From Rhodomicrobium sp. (lineage in GTDB: Bacteria; Pseudomonadota; Alphaproteobacteria; Rhizobiales; HXMU1428-3), in assembly GCA_021604665.1 (NCBI GenBank), contig BQJK01000001.1, positions 956,419 to 1,020,418 of the forward strand: DNA of 64,000 nucleotides. The letters are read 5' to 3'. This document shows, in pieces, positions 62,356 through 64,000 of this stretch (positions are counted from its first letter, which is position 1; every line of letters starts with the position of its first letter). A model generated the notes under the pieces. It saw only the letters and a program-made list of their open reading frames with translations. It searched no databases and was not told the origin of the DNA. A program made the position numbers and the translations under genes.

Positions 62356-63180
62356 ATGAATAAATACGCAATCGCATCACTCACATGCGCCTCTTTGCTG
62401 CTCGCAGCAAATCCAGCCTACGCCATCAGCCTTGAAGAAGCTGGCGTCGAAAAAGGCGAAGTCGAACTTCAGTATGAAGCAACCTACACTGATAAAAACG
62501 CCGAAGGTGCCTATGAGCATGAAGAAGAAATCGAAGTTCAAATGGGCCTGACAGACTGGTTGCTGCTCACCGTTGGCTTCGGTTTTGAGGAAGAGGAAGG
62601 TGAACGGGATTTTGAATTTTCCGAACTTGAGGGCTCAGTTCAAATTGAACTGGTTGATCCTGAAAAAGGTGGATTTGGATTTGCCCTTCTCGCTGGCTTT
62701 AGCAAAGAGTTCGCCGCAGAATCGGGAGAAGAGGACGAAAACACCTACAAGATTGGTGCCATTGCCGAGCACCACTACAATAAGTGGCTGTTCAGAGGCA
62801 ATCTGTTTTACATCTCCGATATTGACGGCGACGGCGAAGAAGAATTTGATGGCGTAGAATATGCCTATCAAATCAAATACGACGTTAGCGAAAAGCTCGG
62901 CGTCGGCGTTGAAGGCTACGGCACTCACCAGGAATTTGATGACCCAGGCGAAGATGATGTTGACCAGCACATGGTTGGCCCGGTTCTCTACTATAGCTTT
63001 GAACGTGGAAATGATACCAGCCGCCACGCGTCCATTAAAGATGTAGCTGAAATTGGCGGCGAAGACGGTGATGACGAAGATGAAGGCATCGAATTCGAGC
63101 TTCAGGCCGGCGTGCTGTTTGGCACAACGGACGACACCGCTGATGTGACTTATAAATGGGGCCTTGAGATCGAATTCTAG
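62356..63180 (+). CDS. Highly acidic outer-membrane beta-barrel protein (putative porin)
   Basis: Signal peptide ending AYA, alternating amphipathic strands, C-terminal YKWGLEIEF; about 69 Asp/Glu versus about 15 Lys/Arg in 274 aa (hand count). Confidence 0.8.
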   Translation: MNKYAIASLTCASLLLAANPAYAISLEEAGVEKGEVELQYEATYTDKNAEGAYEHEEEIEVQMGLTDWLLLTVGFGFEEEEGERDFEFSELEGSVQIELVDPEKGGFGFALLAGFSKEFAAESGEEDENTYKIGAIAEHHYNKWLFRGNLFYISDIDGDGEEEFDGVEYAYQIKYDVSEKLGVGVEGYGTHQEFDDPGEDDVDQHMVGPVLYYSFERGNDTSRHASIKDVAEIGGEDGDDEDEGIEFELQAGVLFGTTDDTADVTYKWGLEIEF

Positions 63181-63218
63181 GTTTTTCTCCTGGCACAGTA
63201 AATTTTCCTGGCACAGCC

Positions 63219-63254
63219 AAAAGCAGCAAGTCATCTCCGGCTTGCTGCTTTTTT
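63219..63254 (+). terminator. Intrinsic terminator after the porin gene
   Basis: AAAAGCAGCAAG-N10-CTTGCTGCTTTTTT. Confidence 0.85.
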
Positions 63255-63323
63255 GTTGGCTTATTGTTTATTGAGTTCTACGCGCCCAGCCATTAAAATC
63301 GGATGAAATGGAGAGACTTGATA

Positions 63324-63575
63324 ATGGATGTAACCCTGAAACTATATGCAACCCTAACGCCCTTCCTGCCCTCAGGTGCGGAGAAAAACCAGATTTCTAT
63401 AGATGTCTCAGAAGGCAGCTCAGTCATGGACATTGTAGATAAATACCAGCTGCCAAAAGAAAGCTGCCACCTCATTCTGGTAAATGGCAATTACACGCCT
63501 TTAGCTTCTGCTGACCAGAAAATCCTTGTAGAAGGTGACACCCTGGCTATATGGCCCCCCGTTGCCGGTGGGTAG
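63324..63575 (+). CDS. moaD: MoaD/ThiS ubiquitin-like sulfur carrier (AorD-like)
   Basis: LILVNG, GDTLAIWPPVAGG C-terminal di-glycine; GGAGA SD before ATG 63324. Confidence 0.9.
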   Translation: MDVTLKLYATLTPFLPSGAEKNQISIDVSEGSSVMDIVDKYQLPKESCHLILVNGNYTPLASADQKILVEGDTLAIWPPVAGG

Positions 63576-63855
63576 CCCATATCCCCATTCTATATATATT
63601 GGCTATTACCGATATAAAGCGGCGGTTTAAAAAACGAGAGGGTTAAGAATCTAACGGCTTTAAAACAACTGGGCACCCCTGGTTTTATTAGAGAGCTCTC
63701 AGAAAACCCCTCATTTTCTAAGAATAAGCCGTTTTATTGCATTTTTTAGGCTCAGATTCTGTTTTATGCCTAAGAGCTGATGCGCTATATTACAGACAAG
63801 TTAAAACACAGAGCCAAAGCCATTATGCTAAGGCTCACCAACGGGAGATAGCATT

Positions 63856-63945
63856 ATGAAAAATTGGACAACACCACAAGTTTCTGAAACTGAAACAGGC
63901 ATGGAAGTAACTTCTTATATGCCTGCTGAACTTGACCGCGCATAA
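63856..63945 (+). CDS. pqqA: PQQ precursor peptide PqqA (29 aa, MKNWTTPQVSETETGMEVTSYMPAELDRA)
   Basis: GGGAG SD 8 nt upstream; W-x-x-P leader and GMEVTSY core with the E-x3-Y pair; too short for the ORF track. Confidence 0.9.
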   Translation: MKNWTTPQVSETETGMEVTSYMPAELDRA

Positions 63946-63968
63946 GCGATTAAGTTTCTATATATGAA

Positions 63969-64000
63969 AACCGGCGGTTGAGAGAAATCTCCCGCCGGTT
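63969..64000 (+). terminator. Hairpin after pqqA (terminator or stabilising stem)
   Basis: AACCGGCGG...GAGA-GAAA-TCTC-CCGCCGGTT; any T-tail lies beyond the window edge. Confidence 0.7.

Noticed and set aside
63188-63224. sigma54 -24/-12 promoter for moaD from TGGCAC repeats
   Set aside because: No GC at the required distance (N11 at best), and it lies upstream of the terminator.

Overview
64 kb of chromosome from an alphaproteobacterium, most likely Hyphomicrobiales/Rhizobiales (inferred from gene order). Bases 1-46 kb are the conserved core block: trmFO, NDUFAF6/NDUFAF3-like genes, secF-secD-yajC, nlpD/dipM, surE, serS, tatABC, scpAB, nagZ, SPOR/ftsN-like, argS, dgt, erpA, xth, exoR-like, ilvD, valS, popZ, tolC, pcm, tRNA-Cys and tRNA-Asn. 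Almost all of these are on the minus strand. After an ELM1-like gene, a 2OG-Fe(II) oxygenase and katG, the last 11.5 kb (52.5-64 kb) is an accessory redox locus. It contains a NitT/TauT-type ABC transporter of the kind found beside PQQ/lanthanide alcohol dehydrogenases, a PQQ-associated CxxxCW rhodanese, a conserved exported protein, and a complete Aromatoleum-type tungsten aldehyde oxidoreductase (aorABC plus MoaD-like aorD). An extremely acidic outer-membrane beta-barrel with a DxDxDG loop sits between aorC and aorD. A 29-codon pqqA precursor gene (63856-63945) is missing from the ORF track. My best candidate for an undescribed system is this PQQ(/lanthanide) + tungsten-AOR alcohol-to-acid module with a possible TonB-independent cation porin; the PQQ dehydrogenase itself is not in the window. 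No transposase, integrase, prophage gene or CRISPR array was seen. All family calls come from motif recognition by eye; no searches were run.
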